Shown piece after piece: positions 30,756 to 40,474 of a stretch of DNA of 64,000 nt. Position 1 is the stretch's first letter. Every line of letters begins with the position of its first letter. The notes below the pieces were generated by a model, which had not been told where the DNA came from, did not search any database, and saw only the letters and a list, made by a program, of their open reading frames with translations. The translations under genes and the position numbers were made by a program. The DNA comes from Hyalangium minutum (GTDB taxonomy: Bacteria; Myxococcota; Myxococcia; Myxococcales; Myxococcaceae), in contig NZ_JMCB01000007.1 of the NCBI RefSeq assembly GCF_000737315.1, positions 321,072 through 385,071 on the forward strand, read 5' to 3'.

Positions 30756-32605
30756 ACTCCCGGGGAAGCAGTCTCGTCCTGAGCATCGCCTTCGCGGCGG
30801 TGCTGGTGCTCGGCCTCGTCGCCGAGCGTATTGCTGGCGCGGGCACCGCGCTCACCGCCACCGTGGCGGTGCGCACCGTGGTGCTGCTGGGAATCATCGG
30901 CCTGGGAGTGCTGCGCATGTCCCAGGCCACCGGCGAGCGCAAGGTGCTCTGGCGCTGGGCGCTGCTCTGCTACGTGGCGGGCTTCGTGGGCCTGCTGCTC
31001 TTCACCGCCCAGTCGGAGCTGGGGGCGAAGCTGCTCGGCACGCCGCTGTCCCAGTCCTCGCCGAAGCTGGCGGTGGTGTTCCAGGCGCTCTTCCCGGCGC
31101 TGCTGGTGCTGTCGCTGCTGCCGCTGGCGCTGCTGGAGTCCTCGGCTGCCGCCATGGCCCGCGCGCCCGTCCTGGAGACGGACCGCACGCGCGGGGCGCT
31201 GTACTCCGGTGCGGGCACGGCCTTCGTCCTCATCTTCGCCTTCGCGGCCATGTACGTGGCCACGCAGCGGGACGTGACGTGGGACTTGTCCTACTTCCGG
31301 ACCGCGCGGCCGGGTGAGTCCAGCCGGAAGATTGTCCGCGGCCTCACCGAGCCGCTGCAGGTGATGCTCTTCTTCCCGCCCGCCAATGACGTGGGCGAGG
31401 CGGTGAGCCAGTACTTTCGCGAGCTGGGCGAGGAGTCTCCGCAGCTCCAGGTGGAGCGGCTGGACCAGGCCGTGGAGCCGGCGAAGGCCCGCACGGTGGG
31501 GGTCACCACCAACGGCGTCCTCGTGCTGGCGCGCGGCGAGCAGCGCGAGGTGTTCACCGTGGGCCTGGAGCTCGACCGGGCGCGTGGGCAGCTGAGCCGG
31601 CTGGACCAGGAAGTTCAGAAGCGGCTGCTCACGGTGGCCCGCCCGCGCCGCGTGGTGTACCTCACCGAGGGCCATGGCGAGCGCAGCGACGCGCGCGCCT
31701 TGCCGGGGGAGACGGAGCGCCCCGGTATTTCCCAGCTCAAGGAGCTGCTGCGCGGCCAGAACGTGGAGGTGCAAACGGTGAGCGCTGGCGAGGGCCTGGG
31801 CACCGAGGTGCCGCGCGACGCGGCGGCGGTGCTCATCCTCGGGCCCACCAAGCCCTTCCTCCCGGAGGAGGTGGCGGCCCTGCGCGAGTACTTCAACAAG
31901 GGCGGGCGGCTGTTCATCGCCCTGGATCCGGAGGGCTCCCCGGAGGACGAGCTGCTGAAGATGCTCGGGGTGAAGTACCTGAAGACGAAGCTGGCCAATG
32001 ATCAGGTGTACTTCCGCCTCACCCGCCAGCCGAGCGATCGCACCAACCTGGGCACCTCGAACTACTCCTCGCACCCGTCCGTTTCGACGCTCGCGCAGCT
32101 GGGCGGGCAGGGGCCCGTGGTGATGCTGGGCGCGGGTGCGCTGGAGCCCATCGTCCCGCCGCCCGAGGGCATCAGCGTGGACGTGACGGTGCGCGCGCAC
32201 GAGGCCACCTTCCCGGACGCCAACGGCAACTTCACCGAGGATCCGGGCGAGGAGCGCCGCAACTGGCCGCTGGCGGTGGCGGTGCAGAAGCAGGGCACCG
32301 GCAAGGATCCGGGGCGGGCGGTGGTGCTGGGCGACTCGGATGCGCTGGTGGATGGCGTGCTGCCGAGCCTGGGCAACGTGTACCTGGCGCTGGACGCGCT
32401 GCGCTGGCTCACGGGCGAGGAGGCCATCTCTGGCAAGGTGACGAGTGAGGAGGACGTGCCCATCCAGCACACGCGCGAGCAGGACGTGCTGTGGTTCTGG
32501 GCCACGGTGCTGCTGGCGCCGGCGGTGGTGTTGGGCGTGGGGTTCTTCGTGACGCGGCGGCGGGGCCGCCGTGCGCCGGCGGTACCGGCAGGAGGTGCGT
32601 CATGA
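30752..32605 (+). CDS. GldG-like ABC auxiliary component with extra N-terminal TM helices
   Basis: WDLSYFRT, VYLTEGHGE, GRAVVLGDSD, N..LALDALRWL; C-terminal TM. Confidence 0.8.
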   Translation: MNSRGSSLVLSIAFAAVLVLGLVAERIAGAGTALTATVAVRTVVLLGIIGLGVLRMSQATGERKVLWRWALLCYVAGFVGLLLFTAQSELGAKLLGTPLSQSSPKLAVVFQALFPALLVLSLLPLALLESSAAAMARAPVLETDRTRGALYSGAGTAFVLIFAFAAMYVATQRDVTWDLSYFRTARPGESSRKIVRGLTEPLQVMLFFPPANDVGEAVSQYFRELGEESPQLQVERLDQAVEPAKARTVGVTTNGVLVLARGEQREVFTVGLELDRARGQLSRLDQEVQKRLLTVARPRRVVYLTEGHGERSDARALPGETERPGISQLKELLRGQNVEVQTVSAGEGLGTEVPRDAAAVLILGPTKPFLPEEVAALREYFNKGGRLFIALDPEGSPEDELLKMLGVKYLKTKLANDQVYFRLTRQPSDRTNLGTSNYSSHPSVSTLAQLGGQGPVVMLGAGALEPIVPPPEGISVDVTVRAHEATFPDANGNFTEDPGEERRNWPLAVAVQKQGTGKDPGRAVVLGDSDALVDGVLPSLGNVYLALDALRWLTGEEAISGKVTSEEDVPIQHTREQDVLWFWATVLLAPAVVLGVGFFVTRRRGRRAPAVPAGGAS

Positions 32606-33690
32606 ACGCGCGAGGGTTGGCGCTGCAGGGTGGGCTCGCGGCGCTGGGATTGGTGGCGGCCTTCCTCACGTGGCAGCGCGAGCCAGAGGGCCAGCCCGGC
32701 GAGGTGACGGTGTTGGATCTCTCCAAGCGGGCGCTGCAGAAGGTTCGCTACGAGGACCCGACGCGCTTCGCCGAGCTGTTCCGCAACCCGCAGGACGAGG
32801 ACCGGCTCTGGGTGCGGGTGGGCGACAAGCCGAAGCCACCGCCTCCCGCGCCTCCTCCGGCTTTGGGGACGGATGGCGGTGTGCCTGGGGGCACGGATGG
32901 TGGAGCGGCGGTGGCTTCCACGGTGGGCGCGGTGGATGCGGGAGTTTCGTCCACGCCGCCCACGCCGCCACCGCCTCCGCCGCCTCGCGAGCTGCGAGCC
33001 AATGCGAACGCGGAGACCTTGTGGGGCCGTCTGGCGCCGGTGAAGGGCTCGCGGTCGCTGGGCGAGCTGGACGCGAAGAAGCTCGAGGAACTGGGGTTGG
33101 TGAACAGCCCGCGCAAACTGACGTTCACGGTGGATGGCCGGGAGCAGGTGCTCGCGCTGGCGGCCCCCACGGGCGGCGCCTGGGGGACTCCGTACGCGTT
33201 GCGGGAGGACGGCAAGGTCTTCCTGCTGGTGACGACCCTTCTCCCGGACCTGGAGAACGCGATGAGCCGGCTGGTGGATCGCCGGTTGCACCTGTTCGAG
33301 GAGGGGGACTACGACTCCATCACCGTTTCAGCGGGGAAGAACTCGCGGACCTTTACCTCGACGGGCAAGCCTCCGACGCCGGTGGTGATTGCACCGCAGA
33401 ACGCGCCGGACAAGCCGGACGAGTTCGTCCGCAACTGGCACGACCGCGTCTGGCGGATGATGGCGATGGACGTGCTGGGCCAGGGCGAGGAGCCGCCGGG
33501 CGGAGCGCCCGAGGAGCAGGTGCGCATCGGCTACGGCAAGGGCGGCAAGGAGATGGGCTTCCTCGTCCTCGCGAAGAACCCCAAGGGCGAGTACTTCGCG
33601 CGCTCCGAGCACAGCGCGGGCTGGGTCCGGCTCCACGCCGGGTTCGACACGCTGGTGAACGAGGCCATCAAGATCGCCTCGGGAACCTGA
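32602..33690 (+). CDS. DUF4340-like membrane-anchored protein
   Basis: N-terminal TM; LEELGLVNSP motif; typical position after a GldG-like gene; Pro-rich insert. Confidence 0.6.
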   Translation: MNARGLALQGGLAALGLVAAFLTWQREPEGQPGEVTVLDLSKRALQKVRYEDPTRFAELFRNPQDEDRLWVRVGDKPKPPPPAPPPALGTDGGVPGGTDGGAAVASTVGAVDAGVSSTPPTPPPPPPPRELRANANAETLWGRLAPVKGSRSLGELDAKKLEELGLVNSPRKLTFTVDGREQVLALAAPTGGAWGTPYALREDGKVFLLVTTLLPDLENAMSRLVDRRLHLFEEGDYDSITVSAGKNSRTFTSTGKPPTPVVIAPQNAPDKPDEFVRNWHDRVWRMMAMDVLGQGEEPPGGAPEEQVRIGYGKGGKEMGFLVLAKNPKGEYFARSEHSAGWVRLHAGFDTLVNEAIKIASGT

Positions 33691-33707
33691 GCGTTCGCTG
33701 TCACGAG

Positions 33708-33732
33708 GGCGCCTGAGCCCGGCTCAGGCGCC
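33708..33732. terminator. Perfect GC-rich hairpin between convergent genes
   Basis: ggcgcctgagc-ccg-gctcaggcgcc; no U tract. Confidence 0.45.
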
Positions 33733-33750
33733 TCGGCGATGCTTGGCCAC

Positions 33751-35469
33751 TCATGTCGGCTGCAGGAAGCGGCCGTCCACGAGGTGGTCAATCACCTCGC
33801 GGGCGGAGTGCGGATCGAGCCTCGCCTTCGTTCCCAGCTGCGTCACCGCCTGGGCGACCGTGGTAGGGCGCTCGAAGGCGGCGAGGGCCGACAGGAGAAT
33901 CTGACCCTCCTCGCCCTGATCCAGTGTCGGGTCGGTGAACCGCCGTGGGCTGACGGAGGGCGCACAGGCGAGGCCCGTTCCGTCCACGGAGCGCACCACC
34001 GTCACCGTCTCCTGCGCCACCTTCGCGGGGACCTTGTGGGGACCCAGCCAGTCACTGAGCTTGAACTGGAGCGTCGAGGGGGCAGTGTTCAGGAGGCGCG
34101 TGCGTCCGTTGATCTGCACCTTCCGCTTTGCAGCCCGGTGCTTCCACGCGAGGGAGTCCACATGGTCCGACGTGCGCTGCACCGCTTCCTCGAGCGCCGC
34201 GTCGCGGAAGCGCAGCATCGGCACGGATACGTCGCCGGGCTCGCGCTGCTCGAAGTACTCGAGGAACTCCGTGAACGTCCGTGCCTCGGTCTCCATGTCG
34301 AACCGCGCGGGGTGCTCCGTGACGAGCGCTCCCGGCTGTGCTTCGAGCCGCTGGTAGCCCACCACGCAGTCCAGGCTGATGACCTTCTCCACCAGGCGGA
34401 GCTCCTCCTTCAGCGTGGCAGCGCTGGCGAAGGGGAGGCCCGCGATGCCGGAGATCTCCACGTCCAGGTTCTTGTGGCGGCGGCAGCGGTCGATGAGCTC
34501 CAGCAGCTCCTGATCCGTGGCACACGGCTTGAGCAGGCCCCGGCGCATCTGCTCGAGCCGCTGTTGCTCCGAGAAGCAGCCGATGTCGAGCACCATGAAG
34601 ACGCGCTCGAAGGTTTGCGCCAGCGCGTCGATGAGCTCGATCCGTGCCACGCCCCACAGGAAGTACGTGCAGCAGTGGCGGGAGAGATCGACTCCCGCCC
34701 AGGTATTCTGGAGGAACTCCGCCGTGCTCCCCGAGAAGTCGTAGCGCATCTGCCACGTCCGAGGAGCGATCTCCTGGTGATCGCGGCGCACGCTCTCCTC
34801 GGATCGCAGGAACGGCTTGGCGCGCCCGAAGGCCGCTTTCTGGTTGCCGCGGGCTCCGCCGCAATAGAGGCAGTTCTCGCCACAGCCCTTGCCGGGCGCG
34901 ACCCACCCCGAGAACGCGTGGAGGTCCTGCTGGCTCAGGAAGATGTCTTGGAAGTGGGAGTAGTAGACGTCCTCGCTGTTCGTGGCGCCCTGGACGTACT
35001 TCAGGGGCAGACGCCGTGGAGAGCCGTCTGGATCCCGGGTGACGCAGTTGGGCGGGGAGGGGTCACCCTGGCAGAGCGCCAGCAGAGGCCGCTCGCCGTC
35101 GCCCAGGACGATGTGGTCGATGGAGTCGAAGGCGTGCAGTTCCCGCCACCAGTACGCCGCGGTGTTACCGCCCACGACGACGCGGATGCTGGGGTCGATC
35201 TTCCGCAAGGTCCGCGCCACGAGCAGGGCGCGGTGGACGTGGTGGAACCACTTGAGGCTGATGCCGACGAGCTTGGGGCGCACACGGGCCACCAGGGCCT
35301 CGAGCGAGCGAGCCACCTCTTCCTCGGTCTCGTCCCCATCGTAGAGCCGGACGAACGCTTCGATGCCGCCCCGGCGCAGGTAGCTCGCGAGATACAGGAT
35401 CCCACACGTGGCCTCGCCGGTACCGGCGCCAAGAAGGAGGACTGGAGAGAGGACGCGACGGCCATTCAT
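33751..35469 (-). CDS. Cobalamin-binding domain radical SAM protein
   Basis: N-terminal GILYLASYL..LVGIS..VVVGG B12-binding-like fold; CxxxCxxC (GCGENCLYC); ATG at 35469. Confidence 0.8.
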   Translation of the reverse strand: MNGRRVLSPVLLLGAGTGEATCGILYLASYLRRGGIEAFVRLYDGDETEEEVARSLEALVARVRPKLVGISLKWFHHVHRALLVARTLRKIDPSIRVVVGGNTAAYWWRELHAFDSIDHIVLGDGERPLLALCQGDPSPPNCVTRDPDGSPRRLPLKYVQGATNSEDVYYSHFQDIFLSQQDLHAFSGWVAPGKGCGENCLYCGGARGNQKAAFGRAKPFLRSEESVRRDHQEIAPRTWQMRYDFSGSTAEFLQNTWAGVDLSRHCCTYFLWGVARIELIDALAQTFERVFMVLDIGCFSEQQRLEQMRRGLLKPCATDQELLELIDRCRRHKNLDVEISGIAGLPFASAATLKEELRLVEKVISLDCVVGYQRLEAQPGALVTEHPARFDMETEARTFTEFLEYFEQREPGDVSVPMLRFRDAALEEAVQRTSDHVDSLAWKHRAAKRKVQINGRTRLLNTAPSTLQFKLSDWLGPHKVPAKVAQETVTVVRSVDGTGLACAPSVSPRRFTDPTLDQGEEGQILLSALAAFERPTTVAQAVTQLGTKARLDPHSAREVIDHLVDGRFLQPT

Positions 35470-35600
35470 GAGGGGGGACCCGACCTTCGTAACAGCGCGA
35501 GTATAGCGGTCTTGTCCCGCGCCGTGGCGACGTGTCATGGGTATGTCAGGGGGAGCCTCTGACAAGTCATCTCCTCGCAGCGAGCGCGGCGTCACTCCGC

Positions 35601-36029
35601 TTCGTCACACGCATCTTCGGAGAGTTCCAGGAGGTGACGCGCGAGGGCGTGCCCATCAGCCGCATCTTCAAGAACGGGGACTTCGGCTACCGCACCATCA
35701 CGGTGGAGCGCCCCGAGCGGGACGCGAAGGGCCAGCCGGTGCTGGGCTCGAAGGGCAAGGGCAAGGGCAAGCCCGTGGCGGACGCGAACCTCCGTGACAC
35801 GGAGAACGTCCCGCTCTCCGAGGACGTGGAGGCGTACTTCCAGCGCGAGGTGCTGCCCCATGCGACGGATGCGTGGATCGACCACGAGAAGACGAAGGTG
35901 GGCTACGCGATTCCCTTCAACCGGCACTTCTACGTCTTCAAGCCGCCGCGCAAGCTGGAGGACATCGACAAGGACTTGAAGGGTGTCACCGGCCGCATTC
36001 TCCAGATGATCGGTGGGCTATCTCAGTGA
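35601..36029 (+). pseudogene. hsdM: 3' fragment of type I R-M methyltransferase
   Basis: [48 protein letters not shown] are typical HsdM C-terminal motifs; N-terminal and catalytic part absent. Confidence 0.85.
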
Positions 36030-36048
36030 GCGTCTCGAAAGGGTGCGC

Positions 36049-36867
36049 TCAGATCCCCATCGTCCAGTCCCAGTAGAGCGGTTGGCACGAGAAGGGGCCC
36101 TGCTCCCAGCTCCGGCTGCAGTGGTAACCCTCGCCACAGGCGTTGGGAGGCCCTTGAGGGTCGCAAGCCGGCAGACAATGCCAGCCGTCGCAGACCTTGC
36201 CCTCGCCGCAGGGGGGCTTGCCTTCGCCGCAGGGTTCGACGCACTCCATCCACACCTTGCCTGGAAAGGCGGCCTCTCGGGCCAACAGTGCATCCCTTTC
36301 GAGGAGGGCGCAGGTGGGGAAACACAGGGGCTGGGGAACGGTGTCCGCGCAGAAAAAGCCCTCCGGGCAGCTCTGACTGTCTTCGGGACGGCAGAGCCGG
36401 GCACACCAAGCGTGTTCTCTGCCACCGCACAGCAAGCCCGCGGCGCAGGCGTTTGCCCGGTCATCCGGAAGCTCGACGCACCCCTCGCCTTCCTGGCGAA
36501 GACCCACGGGGATGCAGCGGCGCACGAAGGGGCCTCCTCCCCATGTAGCGAGGAGGCGGCAGACCTCGTCTTCCTTGCATTGGCCGTCCGTCAAACACTC
36601 GCTGTCGACGCAGGTGGACCGGAGGTGGCGGCCGTCGAACAGGCAGCCCAACGGCGCTTCACACGCTCCGCTAGGTCCGCACCGCCGGCCATAGGTCTCC
36701 CGTTGCATGCGCTGCTCAGGGGTGAGCACGGGGCTGATGCGCACCCCAGGGAGCGGCTGCGTGGGGACTTCTGGCTTCAGGAGCGCCCAGAGCAACAGCA
36801 GCAGGGGCAGGGGCAGCAACACGCTCGCGAAGACCACGCTCCCCTTGCGCCAGTTCCACCTCCGCAC
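36049..36867 (-). CDS. Cys-rich membrane-anchored hypothetical protein
   Basis: N-terminal TM; about 30 Cys in EGF/Dickkopf-like spacing; divergent from the kinase. Confidence 0.7.
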   Translation of the reverse strand: MRRWNWRKGSVVFASVLLPLPLLLLLWALLKPEVPTQPLPGVRISPVLTPEQRMQRETYGRRCGPSGACEAPLGCLFDGRHLRSTCVDSECLTDGQCKEDEVCRLLATWGGGPFVRRCIPVGLRQEGEGCVELPDDRANACAAGLLCGGREHAWCARLCRPEDSQSCPEGFFCADTVPQPLCFPTCALLERDALLAREAAFPGKVWMECVEPCGEGKPPCGEGKVCDGWHCLPACDPQGPPNACGEGYHCSRSWEQGPFSCQPLYWDWTMGI

Positions 36868-37113
36868 CTACGGCCCTCCACATTCGAGACACGCGGGGGA
36901 GCGGTCCTGGCCGTGCCCGCAGACCTCCTTGCGTCGTTTCCGAGGGGCAGCCGGCCGTCACCGTGACGGAGAGGACGGCAACAGCCATCTGGAGCCAACG
37001 CATGGGGTCTCCCATGAAGGGCGCTCGACGCTACCAGCGTGGCTCCCATGGCGTCCACGTTCCGGCAGGTGGAGCAGGTCGCCTGGCCTCACGCGGAAGG
37101 CTTCTAACGCGCG

Positions 37114-37130
37114 CCTACCTCTGAGGTAGG
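37114..37130. promoter_or_regulatory. Perfect palindrome CCTACCT-ctg-AGGTAGG upstream of the kinase
   Basis: 7-bp arms, 13 bp before the kinase ATG, in the divergent intergenic region. Confidence 0.45.
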
Positions 37131-37143
37131 GTGGCGGGCACCC

Positions 37144-38601
37144 ATGCCAAGCCCGTCCATGCCCCCGCTCCACCCCGCAGCGCTCCCTCTCGGCACCCCC
37201 GTGGGCCCTTGGCGCGTGGTGGACTGGGCGGGGCGGGGCGTCAACGGCGCCGTCTACCGCGCCGTGCGCATCGGCCAGGAGCACCTGCCGCCCGTGGCTC
37301 TCAAGGTGGCCGTGCTGCCCGAGGACCCACGCTATGGCCGCGAGCGGGAGCTGCTGTCTCGCACGCTGCACCCGCACATTCCCCGGCTCGTGGACCATGG
37401 ACACTGGGTGAGCCCCAGCGGCGCTCGGCATCCGTTCGTGGCCATGCAGTGGGTGGACGGCGTGCCCCTGTATGAGTGGGGCCGAATGTTCCGTCCCTCG
37501 GCGGCGCAGCAACTGCGGCTGCTGGCCCAGGCGGCGCTCACCCTCCAGTACCTCCATGCACAGGGGGCGCTCCACCGGGACTTCAAGGGCGGCAACCTCT
37601 TGGTCCGCCGCTCCGACAGCCGACTGTTCCTCATGGACTTCGGCTCCGGCATCTACCCGGAGGCGGACACGCTGACGCCTCAGCAACTGCCTCCGGGAAC
37701 GCCGGCGTACCGCTCGCCCGAGGCCTGGCTGTTCACCCTGCGGTTCCGCCACACCTCGGAGCGCTACCGGGCTGGGCCCGCGGATGATGTGTTCGCCCTG
37801 GGCGTCACCGCCTGCGTGCTCGCGACCGGCAAGTACCCGGAGATGGGCGTGCCGCTCAGGGATGAGCAGGGCATCCCGTATTTGGATTCGCTGATGCTGC
37901 CGCGGGCCCTGTTCTCTGCCCAGGTGGCGCCGCCGCTGCGAGAGCTGATTCTGCGCATGCTCGCCATCCGCCCCGAGGAGCGCATCTCCGGGGCCGAGCT
38001 GGCCCCCGCGCTGGAGCAGGCGGCGGACGCGCTCAGCCCGTTCCCCTCGAGGAACCACGAGCCCGTGCCCGAGCCTGAGCCGGTGAGGGCAGAGGCCCTC
38101 GCGGCTCGGCGTTCCGCGCCCGGGCCCGCGTGGTGGCCCTGGCTGGCGGTGGTGGTGGCGGCGGGGGCGCTGGGCCTGTGGGTCGGAGGGATGATGCGGG
38201 AGGCCTTACCCCCGGCTCGCGCAGTGTCTCCGGAGGCCGCGCAAGCCGCGCACTCGCGAGCCGCGCCGGGAGCGCCAGAGACAGAGACGGCAGGGCTCGG
38301 GGAGGCGGCGGGCTCCACTTCGCTGGAGCATGCCTCTCCGTCCGGCTCGGAGCGGGCGGTGGCGGAGAGTCTCCCCGAGCTCTCCGAGGGACAGGCTCAG
38401 CCCGACAAGAAAGGCCGGTGCCCTCACCCCCAGCAAGTGGTGCTCAACGGAGGCTGCTGGGTGCGCATGAAGGTGAGCCGCGAGGCGTGCGACGTCTTCG
38501 GCGATGGCCAGATGTACCAGCAGGCGTGCTACGTGCCGGTGTTTCCCGGCAAGCGTGGCCGCCCGTCCACCTCCGGCGAGGGCCGCCCCCGGCCGCAGTG
38601 A
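37144..38601 (+). CDS. Hanks-type Ser/Thr protein kinase with TM helix and Cys-containing C-terminal domain
   Basis: GRGVNGAVY, VALK, HRDFKGGN, DFG, GTPAYRSPE, DVFALG; TM WWPWLAVVVAAGALGLWV. Confidence 0.9.
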   Translation: MPSPSMPPLHPAALPLGTPVGPWRVVDWAGRGVNGAVYRAVRIGQEHLPPVALKVAVLPEDPRYGRERELLSRTLHPHIPRLVDHGHWVSPSGARHPFVAMQWVDGVPLYEWGRMFRPSAAQQLRLLAQAALTLQYLHAQGALHRDFKGGNLLVRRSDSRLFLMDFGSGIYPEADTLTPQQLPPGTPAYRSPEAWLFTLRFRHTSERYRAGPADDVFALGVTACVLATGKYPEMGVPLRDEQGIPYLDSLMLPRALFSAQVAPPLRELILRMLAIRPEERISGAELAPALEQAADALSPFPSRNHEPVPEPEPVRAEALAARRSAPGPAWWPWLAVVVAAGALGLWVGGMMREALPPARAVSPEAAQAAHSRAAPGAPETETAGLGEAAGSTSLEHASPSGSERAVAESLPELSEGQAQPDKKGRCPHPQQVVLNGGCWVRMKVSREACDVFGDGQMYQQACYVPVFPGKRGRPSTSGEGRPRPQ

Positions 38602-38642
38602 GTGTTGCTGGCTCGAACGAACCGCTGACTGAGAGGAACTCC

Positions 38643-39578
38643 ATGAGGGAGCACATTCCCGTGATTCGTCTGGTGCCAGACCTCGGCGATGACAGCGTGG
38701 TGGCCCGGGACGGCGTGGTTATCTGCTTCTTTCTGCCCCACTCCCACAAGGAGGTGGCTCCGGCCATCTGGCGCGCATTGGAGACCTACCGGCGCGCCGT
38801 ACCTTCTGGATCGTTGGCTTGGTACGTCTCGGATGATGGCGACTATCTCCCGCTGGACGAGAAGGGTTGGGCGCACATCCGCTACAAAATCCTGGAGCGC
38901 CAAGGAGGCTACGCGTGGCACGTGGAGTTGGAGGAGGACTGTAGCCAGGTGGGGGGCTACCACTTCGAGTATGCCGGCCTGTGGCTGAATGATCCGGAAG
39001 GGCTGAACCGGGAGGGCTCGACGACGGGAGTGCTCTTCACCTTGCCCACCGAGTACCTCTTGGAGCACGGCCCCGGCCACGTGCGCGCGCTGGCGCTGGA
39101 ACTGGCACGCGAGCTGCCGTTCAGCTTCGGCTACGCCAGCCTCGCCCTCATTGCTCCTCACGGCCGCTGGTTCGCCGCTCGCAGGGCCGTGGTGCCACTG
39201 CTGTCGCGCTACGCTGGGTTGGACATCTACAGGCTGATAGAGACAGGGGGGCACATCGGGGGGCGCGCCCGAGGCGCGTACTGGCTGACGTTCCTGGGCC
39301 AGCCGTTGCTGGGGCAGGTGGGGGGCGAGGAGGGCTTGAGGAGCAAGCTGGCCTTCCCGCAGGTGTCCGTGCAGCCGCTGGGGGGAGAGCGGGTGCTCAT
39401 CACCCTGGGAGAGTGGCCGGAGCTGATCGACACGGCTCAGGAGGTGTACGTGCTGGAGTACCGGACGCTGGCGTGGGTGTTGGCGCCGTACCTGTACGAG
39501 GAGCGCGATGACTGGTTTTCGTTGTGGGCCCCTGAGGGCGACAACATGCGCCGTTGGATCCGCCGCCTGTGCCAGTGA
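38643..39578 (+). CDS. DUF3396/TsiV-like immunity protein, copy 1
   Basis: 311 aa; paralog of 40471..41406; family recognised from memory of myxobacterial DUF3396 proteins (ELPFSFGYASL, GAYWLTFLG). Confidence 0.7.
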   Translation: MREHIPVIRLVPDLGDDSVVARDGVVICFFLPHSHKEVAPAIWRALETYRRAVPSGSLAWYVSDDGDYLPLDEKGWAHIRYKILERQGGYAWHVELEEDCSQVGGYHFEYAGLWLNDPEGLNREGSTTGVLFTLPTEYLLEHGPGHVRALALELARELPFSFGYASLALIAPHGRWFAARRAVVPLLSRYAGLDIYRLIETGGHIGGRARGAYWLTFLGQPLLGQVGGEEGLRSKLAFPQVSVQPLGGERVLITLGEWPELIDTAQEVYVLEYRTLAWVLAPYLYEERDDWFSLWAPEGDNMRRWIRRLCQ

Positions 39579-39643
39579 GCACCTGATGGCGGGGCGCTGC
39601 CCAGCGATCTCCGAGTGCCCCTGCGGTAGCATGGCCGCGTGCC

Positions 39644-40474
39644 ATGAGTGAACCGAACCGCTCTTTGTTCGCACGTGTCGAGCGCGCGTGCCTGTGGGGT
39701 GCCAGTGTGCTGCTGGTGGCGTGCGCTGGAAGCACGCCCCATTCCCGCCAGGGGCAGTGGCGCCTGGACACGGAGACGGCCGGGCGGCTTCGCCATGCCA
39801 CGACTGTGGCGGGGGAGGGGGCCAGCACCGCCGCGCCTGCCGCAGCCCCCACGGTGGCCTCGGTGCTGGTGAAGACTGCGCCCCTGCTGGTGACCGTGCT
39901 GGGAAGTGACAACGCGGTGGGAGAGCTTGAGGAGCGGCTCTGGGAATGCGCGAGAGAGGCCGAGCGCCGTATCAACGCGCGGTATTTCGGAGGCCGAGCG
40001 CCCACACGCGCGGAGTGCGGGGAGGAAGTCGTGGTGGATGGGTGTCCCCAGCCCATCACCCGGGCGATGCAACTGGGCCAGCAGAAGCATGCGCTGGCGC
40101 TGGAGTGTGCTCGCGAGGTGCTGGAGGAATTGTGGCCCCGGCCGTTCAGGCTGGAGCAGCGCTACCGCTACTATCGCAACGCCCAGTTTCTGGAGATGGT
40201 GAGCCGCGAGGAGGAGGCGCGCTTGATTGCCCAGGGGTGCACCCGCGAGCTGTGGCGCACCATCAAGCCCGACATCGTTCTGTATCTCGACGATAACTGG
40301 CGCCGCGCTGCACTCACCCTGGACTTCAAGTTTCCGTGCCCAGAGACCAATGTCCCCCAATGGCGGCAATACAGCAGCGACAGCGCCTATTCCGGGCAGA
40401 GCCAAGGCCAAATCTACCAAGAGGCATTGGGAGGACATCCGGTCATTCTTTCGCCCAAGAAGATTACTCCATGA
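39644..40474 (+). CDS. Lipoprotein with C-terminal PD-(D/E)xK-like nuclease domain (putative polymorphic toxin)
   Basis: Lipobox LLVAC; KPDIV...LDFKFPC...QGQIY; ATGA-coupled to the downstream immunity gene. Confidence 0.65.
   Translation: MSEPNRSLFARVERACLWGASVLLVACAGSTPHSRQGQWRLDTETAGRLRHATTVAGEGASTAAPAAAPTVASVLVKTAPLLVTVLGSDNAVGELEERLWECAREAERRINARYFGGRAPTRAECGEEVVVDGCPQPITRAMQLGQQKHALALECAREVLEELWPRPFRLEQRYRYYRNAQFLEMVSREEEARLIAQGCTRELWRTIKPDIVLYLDDNWRRAALTLDFKFPCPETNVPQWRQYSSDSAYSGQSQGQIYQEALGGHPVILSPKKITP

Noticed and set aside
36028-37110. Integron attC sites as an explanation for the cassette
   Set aside because: No paired RYYYAAC/GTTRRRY boxes and no integrase found; only a small hairpin at 36028-36050.
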